Shown here piece by piece: positions 10,419 to 21,700 of a stretch of 64,000 bases of DNA (its first letter is position 1; each line of letters opens with the position of its first letter). Under the pieces are notes generated by a model. The model saw nothing but the letters and a program-made list of their open reading frames with translations. It ran no database searches and was not told the DNA's origin. The translations under genes were made by a program, and so were the position numbers. Origin of the DNA: Scenedesmus sp. PABB004 (lineage: Eukaryota); the NCBI GenBank assembly GCA_014905635.1, contig JABVCE010000032.1, positions 186,001 through 250,000 on the forward strand, in the 5' to 3' direction.

Positions 10419-11261
10419 TTACGGGCATGTTTTCAAATAATCGTGGTCATGCACAACTGGTGAGAGGTCGCCCCGGACGCGACATTCGCCCTTTTGCCGC
10501 GTGTGCGGCAACCACCGGTCGCGCCCACTCACGACAATTGAGCGAAACATGGCCGTGGCTTTGCTTTCTGCGTGCTTTATGGTGGAAATGTTGGGGTCAA
10601 ATACAATTGCATCTGGCCGGACGGCAAAGAAATCCGTATTTATAAGGGCTGTTGCGCAGTTCTTCTCATCAGGGCAGGGCGTGTCCCCGCAATCGGCAAA
10701 GATGCCGTCCACGTCAGCATTGTGCATCGCTTCCAGCAGCCACGTGTCGTTGCGAATGATGACGTCAGGGTTGAGCCGGATCACCCAGTCAAACCCGTCA
10801 AACCACCCTCTCGCGAGCGCCACATCCAAAGCCAGGATGGCACCTTGCTGGTAGCCCGGGTTGGTGTACTCGTGCAGAGTGACGGTGGTGTTGGGAAACG
10901 TGCGCGCCAGCAGCTCTGCCCGCTCCGAGTAGCCGCAGCCGGTGGAAAAGACGGTCACCTGTTCCACAGAGCGCAGCAGCGCTGACCGCACGATGGCTCC
11001 GGGCCAGCAGCGCTGCAAGAACTGGACGTGGGAATCCGAGAATTGGGAGGTGATGAAGAGCGCAACGCGAGGGCTGCTGCTGTTTGTGAGATTGTTGGTA
11101 GTGTTGGTCGCGCGTGAGCCGAGCTTCCATGCCGTGACTTTAAAAGACCAGGAAGCCTCTGCGGGAGTCCTGAGAACGTGCCACACCGCATCCGTTGAGA
11201 GCAAGGCGAATCCGAGCACGACAGCTAAGACCGTCGCCCTTGTGCTGGCGTCCGTGGACAT
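10419..11261 (-). CDS. Intronless low-GC type II membrane protein, putative GT-A-like glycosyltransferase of unknown family
   Basis: TM VLAVVLGFALL; stem with N-x-T/S sequons; NPGYQQGAILAL, FDGFDWVIRLNPDVIIR; clean 280-aa ORF. Confidence 0.6.
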   Translation of the reverse strand: MSTDASTRATVLAVVLGFALLSTDAVWHVLRTPAEASWSFKVTAWKLGSRATNTTNNLTNSSSPRVALFITSQFSDSHVQFLQRCWPGAIVRSALLRSVEQVTVFSTGCGYSERAELLARTFPNTTVTLHEYTNPGYQQGAILALDVALARGWFDGFDWVIRLNPDVIIRNDTWLLEAMHNADVDGIFADCGDTPCPDEKNCATALINTDFFAVRPDAIVFDPNISTIKHAESKATAMFRSIVVSGRDRWLPHTRQKGECRVRGDLSPVVHDHDYLKTCP

Positions 11262-11362
11262 TTTTTAATTTATATTTATCCTCCACTCCACTAACATTTT
11301 TAGTTTTGTCTGCGTTTTTCAGTCCAGTGCGCTAACAATTCACAACAAATAAAATAACCCTT
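11262..11362 (-). promoter_or_regulatory. AT-rich leader / putative promoter of the 10419-11261 gene
   Basis: Minus strand reads ...GTTATTTTATTTGTTGT...TGAAAAACGCA...GATAAATATAAATTAAAAA-ATG; motifs shared with other insert leaders. Confidence 0.5.
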
Positions 11363-11409
11363 AGCTCACTCAGGCAGCCGGCGCTGCTGCGTGGGTGGCG
11401 CCGCTTTTT

Positions 11410-11800
11410 TTGGTGGGGGCACGTCCCACGTGTGCGCGCGCCGCGGGAACCCGCGGGCGCGGGCGCCCGCGGGCCGGCGGGCGCCTGCAGCGTTGGCGCG
11501 CCGCGGCGGCGGCCCAGCGGCGCGTGTCGCGCGCGCCTGGGCACGGGGTCACTGACTGGCTGCAGCTCGTTCATCGTCATGCTGTCCAGCGCCTCGTCCT
11601 GGCGCGCCGCCAGCGCGACCGCTGCGGGGCGGCGGCGGGGCGGTGACGCCGTCAGCGGCGCGCGGCGGGGACGCGCACGGTGGCAGGCGCCGTCCCGCAG
11701 TCCGGGCGGGAGGAGCGCTCGCTGCGCCGCGCTCGCTGGGTGCGGGCCGGCGCCCGCCATCGCGGCGAGAGGGGCCCCGGGCGGCCGCGGCGCGCGTGGG
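11410..11800 (-). pseudogene. Inverted diverged copy of the small gene at 2880-3200
   Basis: VALAARQDEALDSMTMNELQPVSDPVPR exon plus flanking introns. Confidence 0.75.
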
Positions 11801-12055
11801 CAGCCAGGCGCGCGGGGCCCGCGCCCGATCGCGGGCCGCAGCGGCTGACGGCAGCGTGTGGCTCTGGGCACGACTCAGGGCTCGCCGCAGCATAACCGTT
11901 GCGCCGCTGCGCCGCGAAGGCGGCGCTGCGCCGCGAAGGCGGCGCTGCGCCGCCGCTCGCCGACGCCCCTTCAGCGCCGCCCCGCCCCGGCTCGCTCACC
12001 GCTCAGCGCGCACGCTGTCCCCGGTGGCCGCACCAGCGACGGCGCCTGCCGCGCG

Positions 12056-13277
12056 ATGCTGCGCGCCGCGCTGCTCTACGGCGGCGCCAACCTCGTGAGC
12101 GTCGTGCTCATCGTCGTCGCCAACAAGGTCGTCCTGGGGACGCTGGGCTTCCGCTTCCCCATCTGCCTGACCTGGCTGCACAGCGCCGTGACGTGGGCGG
12201 GCCTGCAGGCGATGGCGCGGGGCGGCGTGTTTGAGCCGCAGCACGTGCCGCTGCAGCACTCGCTGCCCATCGCGGCCGCGTACACCGGGTTCATCGCCTT
12301 CAGCAACATCAGGTGCGGGCGCGTGCGTGCGCAGGCGCGGCGGCGGCCGCGGCGTCGATGGCACGCGTCTGCACTGGTAGCGCCAGCCGGCGGCGCCAGC
12401 GGGACAGGGCACGCGGCGGCACCCGCCCGCCCGCCCGCAAGCGCCAACACCCGCCGCACCGCCGCGCCACCGCCGCCCCGCTCCCGCGCCAGCATCCACA
12501 TCAACACCGTCGGCTTCTTCCAGATCACCAAGATCGTCTGCACGCCCGCCGTCGCCGCGGCGGAGTACGTGCTGTACGGCAAGCCCGTGGGCGCGCAAAA
12601 GGCGGGCGCCATCGCCGTGCTCGTGCTCGGCATCTGCGTCGCGACGGCGACTGACAGCGCGGTCGCCAGCAACCTGCTCGGCTGCCTCGTGGCCGCCGCG
12701 CAGGTCGTCAGCAGCGTCATGTACGCCGTGTGGGCGGGGCACAAGCAGAAGCAGCTCGGCGTGAGCGCCAACGCGCTGCTGCACCAGGTCTCGCCGCTCG
12801 CGGTGCTCCTGCTCGCGGCGCTGGTCGCGGCGCTGGAGCCGGTCGGCTGGCGCGCGCGCGCGGCCCCGCGTCCATCCTCGGCTACGACTACACGCCCTGC
12901 GCGGTCGGCTGGATCGGCCTGAGCTCGGCACTGGGGCTCGCGGTGACGCTGAGCACGTACCTCTTCATCGGCGCGACGTCCCCCACGACCTACAGCCCTG
13001 GCGCCCCGCAGCCTGCGGGCGGCGCGGGCGAGGCACGGGCGAGGCACGGGTGAGGCACGGGTGCGTGGTGGTGCACGTGCGCGCGCCGTGGGATGTTCAT
13101 GTCCGCAGCGGGTCACGTCTTTGTGGCCTGCGCCTGCAGCTCCGCGCGGCTGTACCACACGATGCCCGCCATCGCGCACGCCAGCCCGGCGCCCTTTCAG
13201 CGACAGCTCGTCCCCGAACAGCAGCACGCCCGCCGCGAGGATGCAGAGCGTCTTGAGGTTGCCCACCACGTTGTACG
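12056..13277 (+). pseudogene. Nucleotide-sugar transporter (TPT/UXT-like), frameshifted and broken, with its 3' end inverted
   Basis: NLVSVVLIVVANK, GFRFPICLTWLH, NTVGFFQITKI, FIGATSPTTY on + to about 12993; continuation YNVVGNLKTLCILAAGVLLFGDEL on the - strand at 13277->13110. Confidence 0.85.
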
Positions 13278-14437
13278 CGCCAGGGCACAGATTTTTACGC
13301 CATTGGAATACTATGGTCACTTCGGGTGACGCTCCGCGTAGCTATGAACACGCGCCTCGCCGGGCCTCGCCCGCGCCGCGTGGCGATCGTGCCGGCGGCT
13401 CGACGGGGCCGGGGCGCCCGCGCGCGGCGGCTGCTGCCGCTGCCTCCGCCGCCGCCTACGGGCCGCCGCGGGCCGCGTCGCCCGTCGCGAAGGGCGCGCG
13501 GGGGGCGCCAGCGGTCTCGGGGGGCGCGCCGCGGCCCAGCGGGCCCCTGCCGCGACCGGGTGACCCCCGCCAGGTCAGCTGCTGTTGCCCCGCCGGCCCC
13601 GCGAGCGCCCACGGTCTATGCGGATGGCCTCCGGGGGCCCCGCGCGCCGCGCACGGCCCCTCCGGCCGGCCGCCCAGCACGGCCGCGAAGAGCAGCACCA
13701 GGCTGCCAGCGACGCCGGGCTGCTGCGCCGCGGCGCAGCGCCGCGGCGCGCCCCTCGCCGCGCGCGCCCGCCCTGTGGCTCTGGGCAGGCAGGCCGCGAG
13801 CCTGCCTGCTGTCGGCCAGGCCTTGCGCACCGCGCCGCGCCCCAGCATCGCGCGCCGCACGCGCGCGGCGCGGCCGCGGCGGCCCCGCCACGCCGCGAAA
13901 CGCTGCCGCGCGCCGCCTAGCCAGCCGCCCGCCCCGCCCAGCCGCGCGTTGCCGCAGCAAGGGGGCAGCTCACCGCCGCGTGCGCGGGCCCGCAACGCCG
14001 CACCGGGCCCCAACGCTGCGCCTTGCCACCTCCTCCGCAGGCCGCGCGACGCGGCCCCTCGCAGCTCAACGGGCTCAGCCTCGGCCTCTACCCTCGCCCC
14101 CGGCCGGCCGCAGCAAGGGGCTCAGCCGCCACGCGCCGCCCGCCCTGCGCCAAGAGGGCCACCCCTTGCACACGTGTGCCCGGCACTGCGCGCGCGTGCT
14201 GTTGCCCGGGGCCTCGCCCCGCCGCACCGCACGAGCCCGGAGCCACGCGCCAGGCCCCGCCTCGGCGCCCCCTGCTCAAGCCGCAGCGGCGGCAAGGCGC
14301 TCCGCTGCTCCGCCGTCCACACCCCCGGCCCTGAGCCCTGCAAAAAACCCTGACGGTCCCTGTAAGGGCGGCGCCAATGGCGACGCCCTTTGGTTACAGA
14401 TTTTTTTCGACAAACCGGCCTGCCGGTTTCGTAGGTT

Positions 14438-15617
14438 CGCTGCCCGCCTCTGCCGCTGCATGCGCCCTGGCATGCGTCCGCAGGGAGCGTTGAGCCACCG
14501 ACCGGGCCGCCTGCGCAGCCCACGCAGCAGCACCCGGCGCCCGACGGCCGCCAGCTGCACCCGCAGCCGGCGCTGCAGGTCGCGCCGATGCAGCAGTACG
14601 AGCTCGTGTCGGAGGCGCTGCACAGCCGCTACCTGACCGTACCTGACCTGACCTGACCTGACCGTACCTGACCGTACGACCGCCGCGTGCGCTTCTGCGC
14701 CCGGCAGCCCCGCCGAGGTGCGGCCAGCGAGGGGGGCTGGACGGGCACGCACACACCTGGCCGGCGCTGACCGCAGCCCGCGCGACCGCCGTGCCACCCC
14801 GGCAAACAGTGCCGCGTGCTCGACTTGACGTCATGGGCCACCCGCGCGCCAACTTCTGCTTCGCGGTCACCTTTCCCTTCCACCCCTACAAGGACGGCCG
14901 CAGGGGCGGCGAAGTGCGGCGGTGGCCGGGCTGCGCGGGGCGCGCAGGCGACAGGGGGGCACCGCCTGGGGCTCACGCCGCACGCCTGCCTGCGCGGCCG
15001 CCAGGTCACGCTCGTCCGCGAGTACGCGCAGGGCCCGCACGCGCTGGCCTACTGCCTGCCCACGGGCGGGCTGGACCCGGGGCGCCACGCGGACGTCGCC
15101 GAGTGCGCCGCGCGCGAGCTGAGCGAGGAGGTGCGCGGCGGCCGTCGCGCGGGGCGGGTGCGGGCAGCGGCTCTGTGGCGCTTTTTCGAGGCTGGCCGTG
15201 TGCCGCGCCGCCAGGTGCCGCGTCAAATCGCGCGCGCAGGCCTGGCTGGCGGGCGGTCAGTGGCACCGCCTGCTGGCGCCGGAGCACCCGGGGCTGCCCG
15301 AGGTCAAGTGGTGCATGAACCGCTTCGTGCCGTTCCTGGTGGTCGACCCGGGCACCGACCCCCAGCCGGGCAGCCGGGACGCGGAGGAGGCGAGCATGGA
15401 GGCGCGTGCAGATGCTGCCGGGCGGGCGCTGCAGCCGGGTGCCGCGCCGCCCGCTCACCGCCGCCGCCGCCCGCCCGCTCGCTTGCCGCAGGTGCTGCGG
15501 CTGCCGCTGGACGAGTTTCGGTGGCTGATGGTGTCGGGCGAGATGCTGCTGCCCTCCATCACCACCGCCTACATGGCGCTCGACAGGCTGCGCGAGCTGG
15601 GCCTGCTGGACGACTAG
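14438..15617 (+). pseudogene. 5'-truncated Nudix hydrolase duplicate with frameshifts
   Basis: Copy of about 52197-53321 with introns; ACCTG stutter at 14631-14680; indels near 14823 and 15255. Confidence 0.9.
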
Positions 15618-15856
15618 CGGGCGGTCAGGGCTGCCCATGCGCAGCAGGTGTGTGTAACCTCGTGCTCCCACCGGGCGGTGCAGCGTGCAACGCTCGTCGC
15701 CAGCACCAGGCCTGCGTGAGCGCCGCGGCAGCCAGCAGCAGCAAGCCACGCCGGCGCTTGCGCTGAGCATCGCTGGGCCCGGCCAGCAAGGCACGCGTGC
15801 GCGGCGCCCGCCAGTGCCCCAGCCACAGCGCCGCCAGCTTCACAGCGCCGCCAGCT

Positions 15857-16215
15857 TCACTTGGCGGGCGCGATGACCACGGGCCGCTTGCTGTGGTGTG
15901 TGCAGTACTGGCTCACGCTGCCGAGGAAGAACTCGGCAACACGGTCCTTGTTGTGGCTGGCCATGACGATCGCCGCCGCGTCCAGCTCCTCTGCCTTTTT
16001 GCACAGCACGTGGCCCACGCTCTCGGTGTCGACCTCGCACTGCGCGCGGCGGCAGCGGCAGCGGTGCTGTGAGGGCGTGCTGCGAGCAGCACGCGGTCGT
16101 GGGGTGCGGTCAACGATGCTGCGCGCCGCCGACAGGACGGCTTGACGATGTGCACGACCGGCGCCCTGATCGCCGCTGGCAGCGCGCGCACGAAGCGGTC
16201 GATGAACTGCTCCGC
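15857..16215 (-). pseudogene. Partial (3') USP duplicate
   Basis: EVDTESVGHVLCKKAEELDAAAIVMASHNK...FFLGSVSQYC; copy of about 53547-53910. Confidence 0.85.
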
Positions 16216-16496
16216 ACGCTGCGAGGCGACGGCGACAGGGGTCACTGCGGACTCGTGCGCGCTGCCCGCCGACGCTCGCGCAGGCTGACGCCGAGCCCAA
16301 GCACAAGGTGTCGTGCGCGCGCTGCCGGCGGCGAGTGCCGAGATGGCCGTGCTGTTTTACAGCACGGCCATTTTTGCAGAAACAACAACACAGTTTTTTT
16401 TGCTGAGAACACGTGTTGTCAGGTGGGCTTTTGTACCGCCACTGCTATATCCGCCATGCTACTTCGCGTGTTTGTGGAGAAATTGTCCCATCGTCA

Positions 16497-17549
16497 ATGC
16501 GCCCCCGAGCTGTTATGTTGAGCCTCGCCACGATTTCTTCATCAGTCATTTTAATTGTTGGCAGCCTTTTGTTCAATGGATCGAACAGTCATTCAACCTG
16601 GCGACCACCTACCAAGGAGGCTCACCTGCCAGTAGTGTGGGTACTACCAAACTCAGAAACTCTTGTTTCAGGCTTGTGGGAGGTGGAGTGGGTGCCGGAG
16701 CTGCTCGCCCACAGCGGCCTCAGCGTTGATGTGCGATTTTCCCCCCCAAACAGCACCGAGCGCATCGTATGCGCCCCACACAATGTCGTGGTTGTGCATG
16801 CGTCAGATAGCTTGGCTAAACTTCCAGAGAGCTTCAGAAATGGATCCTGCAGCTTCGGTTTGATTCATTTGTCAGATGAAAGCTATACTCACAATCTGAG
16901 CTTGTACACTACACCAGGCATTCGTTTTATTCTACGCAATTACTACCTTCCAGTTAACGGGCCTGTGTACACGTTCGGTCTCGGCTACAAGCAGGGCTTC
17001 TGGCGCAACTATTCTGGCAAACCACCTGTTGATGTTGGGTCTCATGCCCGGACCATGGTGTGGAGCTTCGCTGGCTCCCCGCACCATTCAGATCGCAGAG
17101 ATGCAATCGCAGCCTTTTCAAAGCTTACACCGCACAAGATCGTGGTGACGAGTCATTTTGGTGCCAAAGATGGCTTGTCAACAACGGCGTATCGCGACCT
17201 GCTTCTCGACTCAGTGTTTGTCATCTGTCCTGTTGGGCAAGTCAACCTCGACACTTTCAGGCATTATGAGGCCATGGAGGCAGGGGCAATCCCAGTGACG
17301 CTTTCGCGCAACCCGCTCCTGGCAAACAAATACAATATCAATGACTCTTACTGGCCGTACGTGTTCGGCAACAAGACAATCCCGTTTGTAGTTGGGCGCT
17401 CCTGGGATGAGGCGTACGAGCAGGTAGTAGAGCTCCTCAAACACCCAGCCCAACTCGAGCTGAAACGCCAAGCGGTGTACGCGTTTTGGAAACAGCATAA
17501 ACAGGACATTGGAAACTTTGTGCGGTCAAAAGTGTTACAGAGGCAGTGA
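16497..17549 (+). CDS. Intronless low-GC exostosin/GT47-like glycosyltransferase (RXYLT1-like) with signal anchor
   Basis: ATG 16497; TM AVMLSLATISSSVILIVGSLLF; LIHLSDE, ILRNY, WSFAGS, YRDLLLDSVFVICPVG, DTFRHYEAMEAGAIPV. Confidence 0.8.
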   Translation: MRPRAVMLSLATISSSVILIVGSLLFNGSNSHSTWRPPTKEAHLPVVWVLPNSETLVSGLWEVEWVPELLAHSGLSVDVRFSPPNSTERIVCAPHNVVVVHASDSLAKLPESFRNGSCSFGLIHLSDESYTHNLSLYTTPGIRFILRNYYLPVNGPVYTFGLGYKQGFWRNYSGKPPVDVGSHARTMVWSFAGSPHHSDRRDAIAAFSKLTPHKIVVTSHFGAKDGLSTTAYRDLLLDSVFVICPVGQVNLDTFRHYEAMEAGAIPVTLSRNPLLANKYNINDSYWPYVFGNKTIPFVVGRSWDEAYEQVVELLKHPAQLELKRQAVYAFWKQHKQDIGNFVRSKVLQRQ

Positions 17550-17558
17550 CCAGCGAAC

Positions 17559-18750
17559 CTGGGCCGCGCGCCGGGGCGTCCGCCGCGGTGGGCGTGCCGT
17601 CGTCCGGGGCCTCCTCAAGGGCCTTGACCAGGCCGCCCGCCGCGAACCAGGGGCTGCGGCAGCGCACCTGCGCGGCGGTGCAGCGCGGCGTCAGCGGGCG
17701 CAAGTGCTTGCGAGGCGTGCTGCACCAGACTGCCGCGCGCCGCCGCCCCGCGCTCCGCCGACCTGCACGCCGTCCGAGAAGTGGCCCTTGCGGTGCCAGG
17801 TTGCGATCTTGGCCGCCGTCACGGGGCCGTGCTCCTCGCCGGCGGGGGTCGACGTAAAACCACTCGCAGGCCCGCGCAAACGCCGCCGCGCTCCCCGCCA
17901 GCGGCGGCGATCGGGCAAAGCCGAGCGGCTGGTCGTCGCCCTGGCTCGCCGCAGGGCCGGGCAGGCTGGGGTTGGAGGTCAGCGAGCCGCCGCGCTCCAG
18001 GGGGTCCGGCGCCGCCTTGCCGCGTGCGCCGCGCTTGACCACAAACCCGGGCGGCGCCGCCGCCTCCATGGCGTGATGCGCTGCCCAGTCTCAGCTGCGG
18101 GCGGGGGAGCACGCGGGCGACCCGGCAGGCGCAGGATCGGCGGCGCGGCGGGCGAGCAGCGGCGGCGGCAGCGCGCTCCCTGCGGCGCGCTTGCTTCTGC
18201 CGCCCCCAGAGCTCGCCTCGCCTCGCAGAGCTCGCCTCACTGAGCTCGCCTCGCTGGCCGCGCGGCTTCCCGCTCAACGCCGGCAGCGCACCTGGCAGGC
18301 ACGCAGAGAGTGGCTCGGCTGGAGGGCGCGCGCTGCTGTGGCCGCCGCCTGCTTGCAGCGCGCGCGGCGCCGGCGCCCCGCTGGCCTGATCAACGGGAGG
18401 AGCCCAGCCGTGCGCCAACCGCCTGCTGTGGGCGGCAGGGCCGCCAGCACCAAACAAGGCGGCGCCGTCGCGTGCGGTTCACCGCTCACAAGCCCCGCCC
18501 GCGGCCCCGCGCCGCCAGTCTCGCTTGCCGCTCCTCGCTGCCGCCCGTCCCCCCCCCCCTCAATCCTCGATGATGCGGCTGAGCGCGGTGATGAGCGTCT
18601 TGAGGTTGCGCTGCACGCCCGTGTCGCGGCTGAACACGCACACGTCGGCGCTGATGCTCTCCACGTGCTCCAGCGTCTTGCACAGCGTCAGCACCGCGGC
18701 GCGCAGCGCGCGCACGTTGTCGTCGGTCAGCACCGCGCTCTGCAGCGCCG
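17559..18750 (-). pseudogene. Segmental copy of GYF-gene 5' part, intergenic region and TGD2 3' end
   Basis: Same-orientation diverged copy of about 48709-49972 (MEAAAPPGFVVKRG...EWFYVDP; LQSAVLTDDNV...SRIIED*). Confidence 0.9.
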
Positions 18751-18766
18751 CAGCACCGTGCGGCTC

Positions 18767-21700
18767 CGGCCGACAGCAGCAGCTTGCGCAGCGTGAGGTG
18801 ACGCAGCTCGTAGGCGTGCACCAGCGCGGTGCCCAGGTAGTTGCGCAGCACGCCCACGCGCGCCGCGTGCCGCCCGCGCAGCGGCGGGCGCTGCGAGGTG
18901 CCCAGCAGACCCGCGGCCGCGCCCGCCCGCTCACGCAGCTGCAACGGCGCGGACGCCCCGCCCCCTCTGGCCGCTGCCTCGCTGCCGGCGCCGCAGGTAG
19001 CGGCCGCGGGCGTGCCGAACAGTTTGGCGTGCGCCGCCAGCGCTAGCCGCGTGCTGAGGCCCGCCTCGAAGTGGGGCGCCGGCCAGGGTAGCGGCGCGCC
19101 CTGCGTGAGGTAGGCCGCCAGCTGCTGCAGCTGCTGCGGCGTGAGGACGGCCACCTCCGCCACGCCCAGCGGCAGCGACGTGGCGCGCGCCGGCGCGCTG
19201 CGGCCGCCGCCGCTGGACGGCGGCGCCGCCGCCTGGCTGAGCTGCAGCAGCGCTCGCGCCGTGGTATCACGGACCGCGACGCCGTCGCTAGACAGCGCCC
19301 TGAACTCCACCTGCGCCCCGCCCGCCAGCAGCCCCGGCGGGTTGACGAGGCGGTGGCAGTGCCACATCAGCGCCGCCAGCGGGCTGACGCGCTGCGGCAC
19401 CGCCGCCGAGCCGCCGCTGCTGCCTCCGGCAGAGCCGCACGCGCCAGCACCGCCCGCGCGCGCCGCAGCTGCCGCGGCTGCCGCGCCGGCGGTGCCGGGC
19501 GGCGCGGACAGCACTGCCGCCGCGTCGAGCGACTCGCGCGTCCACGCCGCCGGCCCCGCGCTGGGGTCGATCAGCGCGGCCACGAGCGCGTCCGCCCACT
19601 GCTGAATGAACATGTGCACCACGCGGCTGCGCTGCCGGCCGTCGCCGGTGAGGATGAGGCGGCGCAGGCTGTACAGGTTGCGGCGGTACGCCTCGAGCAC
19701 CTCGTCGTACTTTTTGGTCTCCAGGCGCGCCATCTGCCACTGGTTCTCCAGGCCCTTTTGCACCTCGCGGTGCAGCAGGTCCACGACCACGCTCTCCTGA
19801 TACGGCGCGAGCTGCCCGCTCGACAGCAGGCTGCCGGCGAGCTGCTGGAAGGCTGCGGCCGGCGCGGGGGCGGCGGTCAGCTCTCAGCGCGCGGCGGCGG
19901 CCGGTGGCGGCGGTGTCGCACGGCAGCGCGCAGCGCAGCGTGCGGCCGCCCTGCCTCTACTGCGCGCCCGCTCGGCCGTGCGGCGCACTCTGCATGCCAA
20001 AGTTGGCGATGAGCGGGTCGGACACGTCAAACAGCAGCTGCGTGGTGCCTGGGTCGCCCTGCCGTCCCGCGCGGCCGCGCAGCTGCTGCTCGATGCGCTC
20101 GCCCTCCTGCAGCGACGTGCCCAGCACCAGCAGCCCGCCCGCAGCCACCACCTGGCGGCAGCCCGTGTGTGTGTGTGTGTGTGTGGGGGGGGGCTTCTGG
20201 CGGTCCGCTGCCGGGAGGCGCGGCGCGCTGCCTGCACCGCCGGGTGCTGTGCATGCTGAGCAGACACCAGACCCCTGCCAGCCCACCTTCTCGGCCATGG
20301 CCTCGCACTGCTGGTCGAACCACAGCCACAGCAGCAGCGCCGCCTTGGAGCCGAACACCTGCAGCTGCTCCAGTGCCGGGCCGAGCCGGCCCAGGGGGCC
20401 GGCCGCAGGGCTGCTGCCGCCGCGCGGCGCGCTGTCGGCGCCGTCCTCCTCTGCGCAGCGCGCGCAGACCGACGGCGCGCGCGTCAGGGCGCCGGCCACG
20501 CGCGCGTCCACCAGCGCGCGCGTGCACCACGCAGCCCCCCGCCGCACCCGGTGTGGCGCCCGCCAGCGAAGCAGTGCGGCCCATGTACAAGGCTGCCAGC
20601 GTGTGCTGCAGCTCGTCAAACACCGCCTCGGCGCGCGGCGCCACCACGGACGAGAAGTCCAGCTCCTGCGACGCGCGGCGGCATGCTGGCCACCAGCGCA
20701 GTGCCGCAGGCTGCGGCGGGGTGCGGACTCAACAGGGCGCTGCCCGACCCCCAACAATTCACAGCGCACCTGCAGCTTTGCGTGTCCGTGGCTCTCGCGC
20801 AGCCGCCGCAGCGTCGTGCGCCGCACCACATCGGCGGCCGACAGCGCAGCGGACGCGAGCTGGCGCAGGTCGTCGTGGCTCACCCTGGGCGGGGCACCGC
20901 GACATGGGGGCCGGTGAGGCGCAGCACTGGCGCCAGGCCGCGCCTGCTGCGCCGTGCGCCGAAGGCGCACCCGTCCAGCTGCAGCCCCGCGCCGCCCAGC
21001 TCGGCCAGCATCATTGCCGCCAGCAGCGCGAGGTGCAGCTCGCGCGGCAGGCCGCCTGTGCCGCGCTGCGAGGCTGGATGTCCGCCACCGCCGCCGCGTC
21101 GCAGGCGGCAAACACGTCCAGCGGCAGCGCGGGGCACAGCGCGTCCAGCTCGCACGTCGCGGCGCGCGCCTCGGCGCCGCCCGCCGCATCGACGCGGCAC
21201 GGCGCCAGGCGCGGCAGCAGCCGCCTGCGGGCGCGGCGGGCAGGGTGGACGGCTGCCGTCGCTCGCGATTGCGCAACTGGGCCTGCTGTGTTCCCCCTCT
21301 GGTCCCACCTCCCGCACGCGCGTGCCTGTAGACCATGCGCAGCAGGCCCATGCGCGTGAGGCCCTCGGGGTTGCCGCCGAGGATGATGTCGGTGCCACGG
21401 CCCGCCATGTTGGTCGCGATGGTCACCGCCGCCGGCAGGCCCGCCTGCGCCACGACCTGCGCGGCGCCGGCGGCGCGCAGCCTCGGCCCTGCAGCGGCTC
21501 GGCAGGCGCCGCCACGCGCGCCGCGCCTGCGCCTCCAGGCGAACGTTCTCGGGCTTGGCGTTGAGCAGCTGCACGCGCGCCGCGAGCTGCCGGAACGGGG
21601 GCCGGCACCAGCCCTGCAGCACGTCGAGCACCGCCTCGCTCTCGTTCACGCTCGACGTGCCGATCAGCACTGGCCTGCCCTCGGCCCAGCACGACTCCAC

